Assembly (NCBI GenBank): GCA_951406725.2
Contig: OX597824.1
Span: forward strand, 38,192,001 to 38,256,000
DNA length: 64,000 nucleotides
DNA from: Octopus vulgaris
Taxonomy: Eukaryota
Direction of reading: 5' to 3'
Shown piece after piece: positions 38,846 through 52,326 of this stretch. Below the pieces are notes generated by a model, which ran no database searches, was not told the origin of the DNA, and saw only the letters and a program-made list of their open reading frames with translations. The position numbers were made by a program, and so were the translations under genes. Each line of letters starts with the position of its first letter. Within the stretch, counting starts at the first letter, position 1.

Positions 38846-39463
38846 AGCTGTGTGGTAAGAAGGTTACTTCCCAACCACATGGTTCCAGGTTCAATCCCGC
38901 TATGTGGTACCTTGGGCAAGCGTCTTCTACTATAGCCTCGAGCCAACTAAAGTCTCAAGAGTGGATTTAGTAGATGGAAACAGAAAGAAGTCCATTGTAT
39001 GGGTGTGTGTGTCATTGTGTCTTGACAACTGGTGTTAATGTGTTTATGTCAACATAACTTAGTGGTTAAGCAAAAGAGACCGATAGAAAAGATAATAGGC
39101 TTAAAAAAAGTCGTGGAGTTGATTTGTTTGATTAAAACCCTTCAAGGTGGTGCTCCGACATGGCCATAGTCAAATGACTGAAACAAGTAAAAGATATAAA
39201 ATGGAAATACAAAAAGAAAGTCAAAATTTCAATTCTTTATATATTCTCTTTTACTTGTTTCAGTCATTTGACTGTGGCCATACTGGAGCACCGCCTTTAG
39301 CCGAGCAAATCGACCCCAGGACTTATTCTTTGGAAGCCTAGTACTTATTCTGTCGGTATCTTTTGCCGAACTGCTAAGTTACGGGGACGTAAACACACCA
39401 GCATCGGTTGCCAAGCGATATTGGGGGACAAACTCAGATACACAAACATATACAAACACATGC

Positions 39464-39494
<31 letters not shown>

Positions 39495-39758
39495 CTTTAT
39501 TTAAAGCATATTACTCTACCACTGGTATTTGAGTACTCTTTTTTTCCACCTTGTTTCACATTTGTGTTTACTCCGGTATATATATACATATACATGATGG
39601 GCTTCTTTCAGTTTCTGTCTACCAAATCCACTCACAAGGTTTTGGTTGGCCCGAGGCTATAGTAGAAGACACTTGCCCAAGGTGCCATGCAGTGGGACTG
39701 AACACAGAACCATATGGTTCGTAAGCAAGCTACTTACCACACAGCCACTCCTACGCCT
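38846..39758. mobile_element. Tail-to-tail inverted SINE A pair (+ 38846-39200; - 39245-39758)
   Basis: Family A sequence in opposite orientations about 45 nt apart. Confidence 0.82.
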
Positions 39759-40204
39759 ATTATTAAAATATTATTATTATACACCTATCATTAAAATATA
39801 TTAAAATATTAATTTTTTACAAGACAAATCTCAAGCACAATAATCTAGCAGAGACCCAGGTAAGAAAAAGAAAGTTCTTTTCATACCAGTAGAGTTCATT
39901 ATAGTTCAACTTTTCCGGGTCTAGTTGTGAAGTGCAACAGGTTGTATCCAAAAGGCTGCTGAATGCATTCAAATTCCTGCTGGCCAGCCACTCATTGTGT
40001 TTGCCTATTTTTTTTAGGAGACTCTATATAGATTTTGATTGATCTCCCTCAACAACCATGATTGGATTGTCTCCTGATGACATCATCAATTTACTTTGTT
40101 TGTTATTTGGAACAGTGAGCTTTTCTGCTGATAGCAATCAGTACATCTATTGTCTGGCCAAAGAGCATTACTAGTAAATCTCTTCATGATATCATTCTCT
40201 CATT

Positions 40205-40752
40205 CTTTTATTTGCTTCAACCGTTAGACTACAGCCAAGCTGGAGCACTGCCTTGAAGAATTTTAGTCAAAGAAATCAACCCCAGTACTTATTATATCAG
40301 TCTCTTTTGCTGAACCACTAAGTTACAGGGACATAAATACACCAACACCGGTTGTTAAGCAATGGTGGGAGGACAAACACAAAGCAACACACATATATGA
40401 TGGGCTTCTTTCAGTTTCCATCAACCAAAATCCACTCATAAGGCTTTAGATGGCCTGGGGCTATAGTGGAAGATATTTAACTAAGGCCCCATGTAGTGGG
40501 GAAACAATATGGTTGGGAAGCAAACTTCTTACCACACAGCCATGCCTGCACCTCTTTACTCTTTTACTTGTTTCAGTCATTTGACTGTGGCCATGCTGGA
40601 GCACTGCCTTTAGTCGAGCAAATCAACCCCAGGACTTACTCTTTGTAAGCCTAGTATTTATTCTATCAGTCTCTTTTGCCAAACCACTAAGTTATGAGGA
40701 CATATACACACCAGCATCGGTTATCAAGGGGGGGACAAACACAGACACACAA

Positions 40753-40807
<55 letters not shown>

Positions 40808-40975
40808 TATACAATGGGCTTCTTTCAGTTTCCATCTACCAAATCCACTCAAAAGGCTTTGGATGCTCGAGGCTATAGTAGAAGACACTTGCCCAAGGTG
40901 CCACAGAGTGAGACTGAACCCGGAACCTTGTGGTTTGTAAGCAAACTAGTTATCACACAGCCACTCCTACGCCTA
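40205..40975 (-). mobile_element. Two tandem SINE A copies
   Basis: About 40205-40550 and 40553-40975, both on the minus strand. Confidence 0.8.
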
Positions 40976-41179
40976 TGCATCTGTTGACAAAATGTTCCTA
41001 ATTGTCAAAAAAAAGGAAAAAAAATCAACTCTCAAGTTCAAATTTAGGCAAAGACTGCTATATCACTTACCCATCAGAGTGCTGGTTATATAACAATGAG
41101 CAAACTCATGATATAAGTCTAACATGCTGTGATACTAATGCTGACAGATTCTGCAGAGAAATAGCAGAGAAACCACATA

Positions 41180-41392
41180 TGACAGGATGCTGAAAAGTTC
41201 CTGGGTTTGGGTAAAAGGAAATACAGGAGGATCAGTCATGATTTTATTCAACATATTCCCCTCTCAGATTCACACACTTTTTGCAGTGGTCCTTCAGTTT
41301 ATCTAAGCCCTGTGAAAGAACTTGGAAGGTTGGGCCTCCAGCCAGGCCTTTCACGATATCCTTAAAGCCAGCTACGTTTCAGCACCCCGTCA
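41180..41392. mobile_element. Mariner-derived MITE
   Basis: TA-flanked TIRs tgacaggatgctgaaaagttcctgg and ccagctacgtttcagcaccccgtca. Confidence 0.7.
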
Positions 41393-41543
41393 TATATGAG
41401 ATCAGTGGTGTAGATTTTAAGGTGTGCATGAAAAGATGTGCATAGGTAGGTAGATGTGATACAAGATCCTATAGACATGAAAGTACAGTGCACAATGCAT
41501 GTGTAATGGTAGGAGCTGAATTGTGTAGATGTGTGAGTATATA

Positions 41544-42779
41544 TTGGGTTATCCCATAAATAATGCAGTTTTTTCAAATGCATGAACTAAAAATCGAAGG
41601 CAGATAGGATAAACTGCCTGCATCAACTTGCTATAAAAACAGGTAGAAATTTTACCTTGTTCTTAATGCAAGTTTTGAAGAGCGCAGTTCGATTTTAACA
41701 GTTATTTTTTCAAAGCTATAATGGAAGTGTCAAAGGAGCATATTCAGCATATTTTGCTCTCTGAGTTCAATAAAGGCAACAATGCAACGGAAAGTGCAAG
41801 GAATATTAATGCAGTATATAGGAATCAGACAAAAGGCATAAACCAGTGTCAACGGTGGTTCCAGAAATTCCAAGTTGGAAACTACAGCCTAGAGGATGAG
41901 CCTCATCCTGGAAGATATGTAGAGCTTGACAAGGATATCCTGCAAACCCTGGTGGAACAAAATCCCATGGTAACTGTTGAGGAACTAGCAGAGAAGCTTG
42001 TATTTGGTCATTCAACCATTCATCAACACCTGTGTGCCAACAGAAAAGGCAGTAAATTGGGTCAATGGATTCCTCACAAACTTTCCAAGTCTAATTGCAC
42101 ATAGAGAGTGAATGTGTGCCATTCTTTGTTGTCATGACTCACGAATAAACCTTTTTTGAACTTAATAACGACTGGTGACAAAAAATGGGTTCTCTATAAA
42201 AATGTGAAGTACCAAAGACAGTGTGTAGGGAAAGGAGAAACACTGGTACTCCAGGCTAAAGAAGGTGGGAGATGAAAGATTTAGTCCACTTTGAACTTTT
42301 AAACCCAAACCAAATGATAACAAAGATCTACTGCAAGCAGCTGAAGTCAGCACTAGAAGAAAATCTACCATTTTTGATTTCAAGACGAAAGGTGTTCTTC
42401 CATCAGGATAATGCTCGGCTACATACAGTGAGGATAATATTCCAAAAGCTGGAGCAGATTGAATGGGAAATGATGCCCCATCCAACCTATTCACCAGACA
42501 TTGCGCCATCTGATTATCCTTTATCTTACAATTTTCAAAATCATTTGGACAGAAAAAATACAAATTCTGTAGATTAGATCAGAACAGTATTGGAGGAATA
42601 TTTTTTATCACAGACAAGTGAATTGTGGGAGAGGGATCTTGCAAGTCTACCAGATAGATGGAAGAGCATTGTAGAAAATGAAGGAGAGTATATTTTATAT
42701 TAAAAAAGAACTTTGCTTATCTTAATTTTGAAAAATAAAAGAAGTATTAAAAAAATGCATTATTTATGGGATGACCCAA
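41544..42779 (+). mobile_element. Near full-length mariner (DD34D-type) transposon with pseudogenized transposase
   Basis: TA TSDs; TIRs ttgggttatcccataaataatgca and tgcattatttatgggatgacccaa. HTH ORF 41721..42104 with WIPHKL, then TGDKKW, HQDNA and YSPDIAPSDY; stops and frameshifts present. Confidence 0.93.
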
Positions 42780-43454
42780 TATATTGAACTATATATATTG
42801 AGTAAATATACTGAAGTGCAGTACTAAATTGCATACACATTCAAGTGTATCTGGATGGCATCCAATCTATCTACCATCTGGCCAAAGACATTATTGGTTA
42901 ATTTCTTCATGACGTTATCCACACACACACAGAGTAACAGGTCATTTCCCTCTGAAAATGAAATCAAAACTTCTCATGTGAAAACAAAATGTTGATTTAC
43001 CAGTAGTTTTCTTTTTAGACTAAGCTATATGCATTTGCTAAATCCTTAACCAATCAGGTGTTCTATGTTAATTTCCAGTCAATAACGTTGTGTCATAATT
43101 TGATGACCTGCTATCATGCAGACCAAGCTTATAGCCGTTCCATTTATTCACACAAAAGCTGTAGAATAATCTAGAAGCCTTTTCTTTCCCTTTTATGCCA
43201 GTTTTATTACTTCTTATAGTCTAAAATTTGGCTTCTCTTCAGCCATAATCTTACATTCTATTGGATTCCATACCTGTCTGCAATGGAATTAAAACACAAT
43301 TATCTTGCTCACTGTTGTTCTCAATTCTTTTTCCTCACAGGTGCACAAATGAAGTCAGAAATACACACTCTATATGCAGATATATCTTCATTTTTGTTAA
43401 GACATTCTAACTAGAGTTTCCTATTTGGTGTATTTTATTAGCTTTCTGATTTAT

Positions 43455-43878
43455 ACTCTTTACTCTTTTACTTGTTTCAGTCATTTAACTGTGGCCATGC
43501 TGGAGCACCGCCTTTAGTTGAGCAAATCGACCCCATGACTTATTCTTTGGAAGCCTAGTACTTATTCTATCGGTATCTTTTGCTGAACCGCTAAGTTACA
43601 GGGACGTAAACACACCAGCATCAGTTGTCAAGTGATGTTGGGGGGGACAAACACAGACACACAAACATACACACACACACATATATATATATATACACAC
43701 ACACACGCATATACAATGGGCTTCTTTCAGTTTCCGTCTACCAAATCCACTCACAAAGCTTTGGTCAGCCCGAGGCTATAGTAGAAGACACTTGCCCAAG
43801 GTGCCAAGCAGTGGGACTAAACCCAGAACCATGTGGTTGGTAAGCAAGCTACTTACCACACAGCCACTCCTACGCCTA
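43455..43878 (-). mobile_element. SINE family A
   Basis: Reverse-complement full copy. Confidence 0.85.
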
Positions 43879-43884
43879 TATTAA

Positions 43885-44660
43885 GTTTTATCACTCCAAA
43901 AGAAGTGGCAATCTCTGAGTCTAACACACTGTATGACCTAGGGATTGATATGAGCAATGATGCCTTGTTTCTTGTAAATGTCATCAAGGTGGTGGCATTG
44001 TGCAGGCAAATGGCCAGGTGGATTCCGGGAACTTTCAGAACAAGGAGCCAGAAAATTATGCTGGTCCTATGGAGGACACTTATCCTCAGCTGTCTGGACT
44101 ACTGCTCTTAACTATGGTTACTCCACAGTGTCAAATTAATAACAGAACTCCAGGCAATTCATTGATACTATGCCAAGAAGGTTGCATCAATGAAACAGTT
44201 GAGCTACTGAGAGAGACTGAAAGAATTACAACTCTACTCCCTAGAGTGAAGATGGGGGAAATATGCAGTGATATACATATGGAAGATCCGAGAGGGACTA
44301 GCACCAAACTTTGGTATCTACATGTATCAGTTCCAGAACAGGACATCAGTGCACAGATTCAAAGGTCCTTCCCATCCCATCAATAGTGAAAACCAGGTAC
44401 TGCAATAGTTTGGGATTCAAAGGCCCACAGCTATTTGATACCTTGCCAAAACTATGAGAAATCTACATGTTGTAGTGGTAGATATTTTGAAGCGACTTGA
44501 CCTTCTACTGTCCAAGATCCCAGATAAACCTATGTCATGGCAAGAAACTCAAAAGAGAACATCAAAAGCAAACTCCCATCTTCACCAAAAGCCAATGACA
44601 TGATACTGGTGGTGCTCCAGCATGGCTATCACCTCTAAGCTAAAACATAAAAGAATAAAC
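43885..44660 (+). mobile_element. Decayed CR1/L2-clade LINE 3' region
   Basis: DLGIDMS...WIPGTFRTRS...LILSCLDYCS; ends ggtggtgctccagcatggc..aaacataaaagaata, like the SINE A tail. Confidence 0.65.
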
Positions 44661-45425
44661 AAATGAACAATCTGATTTTCATTTTACTACTTAGTTAATT
44701 TAGTTTCTCTCTTTTCAGGTGTTATACCTGTTTTCAGGCATCAGCAATCATTGATCTCAATGCCAAAGTCTGGAGATTCATGATTTTTCTTGAGAAACAT
44801 ACAGCAGTGATGTCCCATTACCTTCTGGCAGTTTATTTACAGTTTATTCTGCAAGTCTCCTGCTCTCTTGTGCCTACCCTTCAAATACAGGGCCTATTTA
44901 ATGTTAGACAGGGGTCTGATTCATATAACATCAGAGTATGTCCAAATACTGATGACATCAACCCTTCTCTGAGCCTTAGCCACAGAACCATCTTCCCTTA
45001 TTTGACCCATAACTGGGGCCCTTGTATTCAATTGCAGGTCAGAGTGAACCTAGCAATCAAGAGATAACTTCATATAAATATATATATACACACAAACACA
45101 CAGGGTGTGTAAGGTATTTGAGGACATAGCTTTTTAGGGTCATTGCTGCATTTTTTACTAACTTTATGATAAATTCTTGTTGGCTATTAATGGCAACAGA
45201 CGCTATGAAAAACCATTGAATAAAAGGGAAGTTACTCTAATAGGGAGAAAAATAAAAAGGAAAAAAGATGAAAAACACACGCAACCATATTCTCACAAGA
45301 CATAGACATAAACCTCCTGCGTTCACATCTATATACACTAACACAAGCATGTTTACGTACATGCACATACACACAAACATATATGTATTAGTACATACAT
45401 AAACACATATCCACATACACATGTA

Positions 45426-46322
45426 TCTACTACATATGTGGGAAATTCTGTTTGTGGAGTTGTTAGCTAACTCCTCCTACATTGTTTTATCGATTTTGGT
45501 GAAACTTGACACATGAGAAGAACTCATGTCTGGAAACCTAATGGCATGCTCAGGTTGTTGAAAAAAATCAATAATAGAGCCCCTAGAAGGGTTCCTTATA
45601 TGTATCTAAAATATTTTATTTTAAAAACCAAGGGAAATAACCCATTCGCCCCTGGAAGGGATCCTTATATATATATATATATAGCCAAGGGAAATAACCC
45701 ATTCATTTTCCTAAATTATTTGGTAAAAATGAAATTGAGTATGCTTATTTCTTAGTATTTGAACTGTTAGAGTTATTTTCGCAATTTATCCAGTACAACC
45801 CTTAAACAAGTAAATAGTATTTTCCTAAACAATAGATCGACTTATTTCGGTTAGTGACTTATTCCTAAATATACCAACACAGGTGCCCCTGAGGGTAATG
45901 TTCTCTGGGAACACACAAAAGGCCTTTTCAGAGTTATTTACTTTGAATTGTTATTATCTCATATCTGATCAGCCTGATCCATGCTTCACGATTTTAGTAT
46001 ACATACCTAATTAGTATTTCCTCTTATGTTCTATATATTCTGGGAACACATTAAAGCCCTTTTCGGGGCTACTGTATTTGAATTCTTACTATTGGGTAAC
46101 TAATTTGATGTTATTACATAACTGACTTTGGGTATTCATAACTTATTGGGAATTCCTAAAAACAAGATCCTGTGTAAGACAGTTCGGTATTCTCTGTAAA
46201 TGCACAAAAACCGTTTTAAGAGCTACATACTTTGCATTGTTATTGGATTAGCAAAACAATTATGAGAACAGAACCAAGGGATAAACCCCGCTTCCCCAGA
46301 AATTACTGGGTATGTCAGCTGG
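45426..46322 (+). mobile_element. Non-autonomous Helitron-like element
   Basis: A|TC 5' end; 3' hairpin cccag-aaatta-ctggg followed by CTGG|T (CTRR). Confidence 0.6.
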
Positions 46323-46436
46323 TATATATAAATGTATATGTGCATGCAACCTCATCCTCATATACACATAGGTGCTTACATGCATACACGTAACATAATA
46401 CATATATATTTAGACATTTATACATATAAACATATA

Positions 46437-47340
46437 TCATCATCATCATCATCATCATCCTCATTTAACGTCCGCTTTCCATGCTAGCATGGGTTGGACG
46501 GTTCAACTGGGGTCTGGGGAGCCCGAAAGCTGCACCAGTCCAGTCAGATCTGGCAGTGTTTCTACAGCTGGATGCCCTTCCTAACGCCAACCACTCCGAG
46601 AGTGTAGTGGGTGATTTTATGTGCCACCGACACAGGTGCCAGACGAGGCTGGCAAACGGCCACGCTCGGATGGTGTTTTTTTATGTGCCACCGACACAGG
46701 TGCCAGACGAGGCTGGCAGACGGCCACGCTCGGATGGTGTTTTTATGTGCCACCGACACAGGTGCCAGATGAGGCTGGCAAACGGCCACGATCGGATGGT
46801 GTTTGTTACGTGCCCACAGCACGGAGGCCAGTCGATGCGGTACTGGCTACGGCCACGTTCGGATGGTTTTCTTGTGTGCCACGTGCCACCGGCACTGGTA
46901 CCACAAAGATACAAATTCCATTGATGTTCATCTATTTTGATTTGTTTTGATTTGATTGATTTTCACTTGCCTCAACAGGTCTTCACAAGTGTCACAAGAA
47001 GGAAGGTATGCACAGGTAGACTGACTACGTCCCAGGTAGGGGCCACAGGTTATGGCCTGACTAGTCTTGCCGGGTCTTCGGATGGTGTTTTTATGTGCCA
47101 CCGACACAGGTGCCAGATATATATATATTGCCAGCCTCGCCTGGCACCTGTGCAGGTGGCACGTAAAAAGCAGCCACTACACTCACGGAGTGGTTGGCGT
47201 TAGGAAGGGCATCCAGCTGTAGAAACATTGCCAGATAAGACTGGAGCCTGGTGCAGCCTTCTGGCTTCCCAGATCCCCGGTCGAACCGTCCAACCCATGC
47301 TAGCATGGAGAACGGACGTTAAACGATGATGATGATGATG
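46437..47340. mobile_element. Inverted pair of RTE-tail elements, with an internal about 63-bp tandem repeat (46615-46870)
   Basis: Minus copy 46437-47116 and plus copy 47128-47340, separated and flanked by (AT)n. Confidence 0.82.
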
Positions 47341-47914
47341 ATATATATATATATATATACAGACATATGTTCACACTCCCGCATATATACAAACATATGC
47401 ATATCCATATAAATGAAGGTGGTGTGTGCATGAAAGTTGCACATATGCACAGGACACAGCCTTACGTTCCTATACATACATATACACATACACATGCACA
47501 CACATATATATATAATATATACTACATACATATACATATACACACTCACACAATTAAAAAGGTAAAAGGAAAAAATGAAAAAGTATATATATAAAAAATA
47601 AAAATTAAAAATTAATGGATGTTAAAACTTATGATCTTGTGAGGGCCCAAAGCCATAACAGGTATTTTGTGACATATGGACATGAACCAAAAAGTTCAAG
47701 GAACTTTTCCAGATGAGCCATCTTTCCATATTACATAGACCACACTTGCCACTACCGTTGGTATAAGGTTTACATTTGGCTAATATCTTCCAGTAAATCT
47801 GTTGCCATGAATTGCCAATGAGAATGTATGGTAGGTCTCCACTCCGAGTACTATAATGATAACCTTTTACTGCTTGTTTTAAATTATAATGTACATATAT
47901 ATATGTATATGTAT

Positions 47915-48620
47915 ACCCACTACACTCTCGGAGTGGTTGGCATTAGGAAGGGCACCCAGCTGTAGAAACTCTGCCAGATCAGATTGGAGCCTGGTGCAGC
48001 CATCTGGTTCACCAGACCTCAGTCAAATCGTCCAACCCATGCTAGCATGGAAAGCGGACGTTAAATGATGATGATATATATATATATATATATAAATATA
48101 TATCATCATCATCATCATCGTTTAACGTCCGCTTTCCATGCTAGCATGGGTTGGACGATTTTTGACTGAGGGCTGGCAAACCAGATGGCTGCACCAGGCT
48201 CCAATCTTGATCTGGCAGAGTTTCTACAGCTGGATACCCTTCCTAATGCCAACCACTCCGAGAGTGTAGTGGGTGCTTTTTACGTACCACCGGCACAGGG
48301 GCCAGTCAGGCGGTACTGGCAATGACCTCACTCGAATCTTTTTACACGTGCCACTGGCACAGGTGCCAGTGAAGCGACGTTGGTAACGATCATGCTCGAG
48401 TGGTGCCCTTTTATGTGCCACGGGTATGGAAGCCAGTTGGCTGCTCTGGCAACGATCACGCTCGGATGGTGCTCTTGGCACCCTACTAGCACAGGCATAA
48501 GTGCCAGTGAGGTGACGCTGGTAACGATCATAATTGAATATCCACGCTGTCAATGATCACACTCGTATGGTGCTCTTTGCACCCTGCTAGCATGGATGGC
48601 AGTCATCGAATTGATTTTGA
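47915..48620. mobile_element. Tail-to-tail RTE-tail elements forming a long palindrome
   Basis: Plus copy 47915-48075 and minus copy 48102-48620, with an (AT)n centre. Confidence 0.85.
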
Positions 48621-48684
48621 TATATATATATAATGCCTGTATGTACATATATACACACACAAATATATTCTCTTTTTTCTTTTC

Positions 48685-48881
48685 TTTTATTTGTTTCAGT
48701 CATTTGACTGCGGCCATGCTGGAGCACCGCCTTTAATCGAGCAACTCGACCCCGGGACTTATTCTTTTGTAAGCCCAGTACTTATTCTGTCGGTCTCTTT
48801 TGCTGAACTGCTAAGTAACGGGGACATAAACACACCAGCATCGGTTGTCAAGCAATGTTAGGAGGACAAACACAGACACAA

Positions 48882-48927
<46 letters not shown>

Positions 48928-49088
48928 CGGGCTTCTTTCAGTTTCCGTCTACCAAATCCACTCACTAGGCTTTGGTCGGCCAGAGGCTATAGTAGAAGGC
49001 ACTTGCCCAAGGTGCCACACAGTGGGACTGAACCCGGAACCATGTGGTTGGTAAACAAGCTACCTACCACACAACCACTCCTGCGCCT
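48685..49088 (-). mobile_element. SINE family A
   Basis: Reverse-complement full copy. Confidence 0.85.
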
Positions 49089-49604
49089 ATCATCATGATT
49101 ATTTAACATCCACTGGCCATGCTGGCATGAGTTGGACAGTTTCACCAGAGCTGGCAAGCTGGGGAGCTGCAGCAAACACCTATCTGATTTGACATGGTTT
49201 CTACGACTGGATGCCCTTCCTGACGCCAACCACTTTACAGAGTGTGCTGGGTGCTTTTACATGGCTCCAAAAGGACACTTTTACATGGCACCACCAGAGG
49301 GACTGGTATTAATATTTCTGCTGTGGAGTACGGGTTTTCCTGAGTACAGCAAGGCACGAGACATCTTGGCCCATTTTCATCTCGCTTGAAAGGTTCAGCG
49401 TCCTGAGGTCATTCTTCAGTACTTCATCCTATGTCTTTCTGAATCTCCCACTTCTATGCGTTTGATCTACTTTGAGGGATTGCCACTTCTTTAATTGCTG
49501 GCATCCATCAGCATCACATGACCAAACCAGTGCAGTCTTCTCTCTCTCACACAGCAACTAATTCCTCTAAACCCTAACTTCTCTCTCAAAACACTATATA
49601 TATA

Positions 49605-49990
49605 GGCATAGGTGTGGCTGTATGTAAGAAGCATGCTTCTTACCCACATGGTTCTGAGTATAGTCCCACTGCAAAGCACCTTCAGCAAGTGCCTTTCTCT
49701 ATGGCCTTGGGCCAAACAAAGCCTCATGTGTGAATTTGATAGACGGAAACTGAAAGAAGTCAGTCGTGTATTTGTGCGTGTGTGCGCGCCTTTGTGTTTT
49801 CCCTCCGCTTGACAACCGGTGTTGGTGTGTCTACGTCCGCGTAAATTAGCGGTTCGGCAAAAGAATCCGATAAAATAAATACCAGGTTTTTAAAAAAAAT
49901 AAGTACTGAGGTCGATTAGTTCGACTGAAAATTCTTCTAGGCGGTGCTCCAGCGTAGCCGCAATCTAATGACTGAAACAAGTAAAAGAAA
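49605..49990 (+). mobile_element. SINE family A
   Basis: Family head and tail; the 3' half retains many CpGs. Confidence 0.8.
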
Positions 49991-51303
49991 AATATATGTA
50001 TCGCCCGTTTTTCAAGAAACTCATCCAAAGCATCCTTAAATCACACGAGAGTGACTAATGCAGTCTCCGATACACAATGTCTATAAAAATACCAGAATGG
50101 TCATCTCGAACACCTTCAATCACAGATCTGCTGTCAATTAGGACTGACCAGGAGTTAAACGCACACGTTATATATATGTATGCGTGTGTTTATGTGCGCG
50201 CATACACATATTGATATGTTTATGAAACTGTCACTAGTTTTTCAATAGAAACGTATTTTCATATTTCGAAGTCACAGAAGAGAAAGAGAAAGAGACAGAA
50301 ACGATATGGTTGGAAGCAATAGTGGACGAAGACGGTTTCAAAATTAGTTGGAACATCATTTATTAACAAGAGAGCCAATTAGTACCAACGAGATATCATT
50401 GTGCATTATTTCTTACTTGTGTTGTAAACTCAAGAAAAATATCTTTAAAATCTTAAAAAAACTTGAATTGCCTTAAACGAAAACCATAGATCATGTGTGT
50501 ACGTATTGTTTTTACTTTTTTAACTATATTCTGATACGAGGAAAATCACAAGCTATCTCCGTCATCGGCGAGAGAAAAAATAAACTTGTTTGTTGTGATA
50601 GTAAGTTAACATAATCTGGGTTTTCAGGTTAGAGTTGTTGATGGAGCTGTCCTCAAGTTTTTTCACACCGAAGTAACCGACAATCCCAAATGACTCAAAA
50701 TAATTTTCATTAGCGGTCAAACATTTCTTTTTTAAGACGAAATTAATAAAAATGTAATAATTAAAAAAATTGTTTCGATCTATGAACTTTAAATCGAAAA
50801 TGAATCTCTTAAATTTGTTATTTTGTCATGAAAACATATTCCTTAATCATTCAAATGTAGCTTTATAAAAACTCTATGTAGATATATAAGTATTGTGTGA
50901 TGCTACATTTGATCGAAATACCAAAACTATTCTACTTCATGTAGCAGAGACGATCAATGAGAATAAAAAAAATCAACAGATGACGACTAGATTGACACAA
51001 TTGTTCCTAATCAACAGTGTATGTCTATGCGTGTGTGTGTGTGTGTGACACGGAAATGTCTAAGAACATTCCGACACTGATTATTCAATGAAACTAAAGA
51101 AATGACACAAAAATATGAAAATAGTGCGTTATTTAATGAGTGCAAGTAATCAGCAAAGTTCTCCTGGGATAAAAGCTCCTCTACTAATTTACTTTTCTGC
51201 TCAGTCATCAGCATACACTATTTCAATCAATCTAATCTCATATAAAGGGTTGCCCCTTTTTTTTCCAGCTCCGTCCGTATTCGTTTTGGTTGTTTCTTCC
51301 CCA

Positions 51304-51408
<105 letters not shown>

Positions 51409-51940
51409 TACAAATTAAAATAGGGTTGTGAGTGTAACCCACTATGGGATAATATATATATGTATATATATAAAATCGCATACAGTATGTGTGTGTGTGT
51501 GTAGAAGACAACGGTTGACAAACTGAAGGATCGGTGAATAAAATGTCTCATAGTACTTAGTTACGGCCCTTTATGTTCTGGGTTCAAATCCCGCCAAGGT
51601 CGATAAAATAAAGTACAAGTCGATTAAATATTCTTATAAAACATCCTAGATGTAAATGGAATTATAACAGGAAAAAAAAAATGAATGGTGATCCCAGACA
51701 TACTAACACGCATAACAGTTGTCTTCTGGTTCTCTATCTTTGCATAAGCCTGTATCTGTCTGTATATTTGTAACGAGATCGAGAATAAACATCTTTCTCT
51801 CTGTGACTTCATATTTCATACAATCGAGCATTTTTTCCTTCCTATTTATCGCTACACAACTTCAGAGCCAATAATAAACACACGTTAGAAGATTTGGTGC
51901 AAGCACCTAGCGTTATTAATTAAACATTTTTGTTACTCAC

Positions 51941-52061
51941 CGTTGCGCAACTCGTGCGTAACCGTCCCTTTGCATTGTTGATGCCCGGTTGTTGCAGCAT
52001 CTCCATACTGACTCTCATTGTCGACACTGTCCACAGATGTGCAAGAGCTGGCAATCTCCAT
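51941..52061 (-). CDS. RPS6KA5: MSK coding exon 1 (MEIASSCTSVDSVDNESQYGDAATTGHQQCKGTVTHELRN)
   Basis: TVTHELRN resembles human MSK1 TVKHELRT. Donor GTGAGT at 51940, phase 1, matches exon 2. The start ATG choice is inferred. Confidence 0.88.
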
Positions 52062-52290
52062 GAAGGAAGCGAGCTAAAGCACGGAGAGAGAGAAGTGATG
52101 ATGGCGGTTTAGTGTTGGTGAGAGAGACGTTAGTATGGTGGTGGGAGGAACAAGTGGAAATAACAAGAGTCAAGGGGAAACAAACCCAACAACTGGAGCA
52201 GTAATAACCGTAACAGCAATAACAACAACCAAAACTATGATGATGACGACGATGACGACGACGACGATGATGATGATGATGATGCAGATG

Positions 52291-52326
<36 letters not shown>

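Noticed and set aside
41721-42577. Active or domesticated mariner transposase (SETMAR-like)
   Set aside because: In-frame stops, frameshifts and an internal deletion; antisense in intron 1 with no splice link to MSK.
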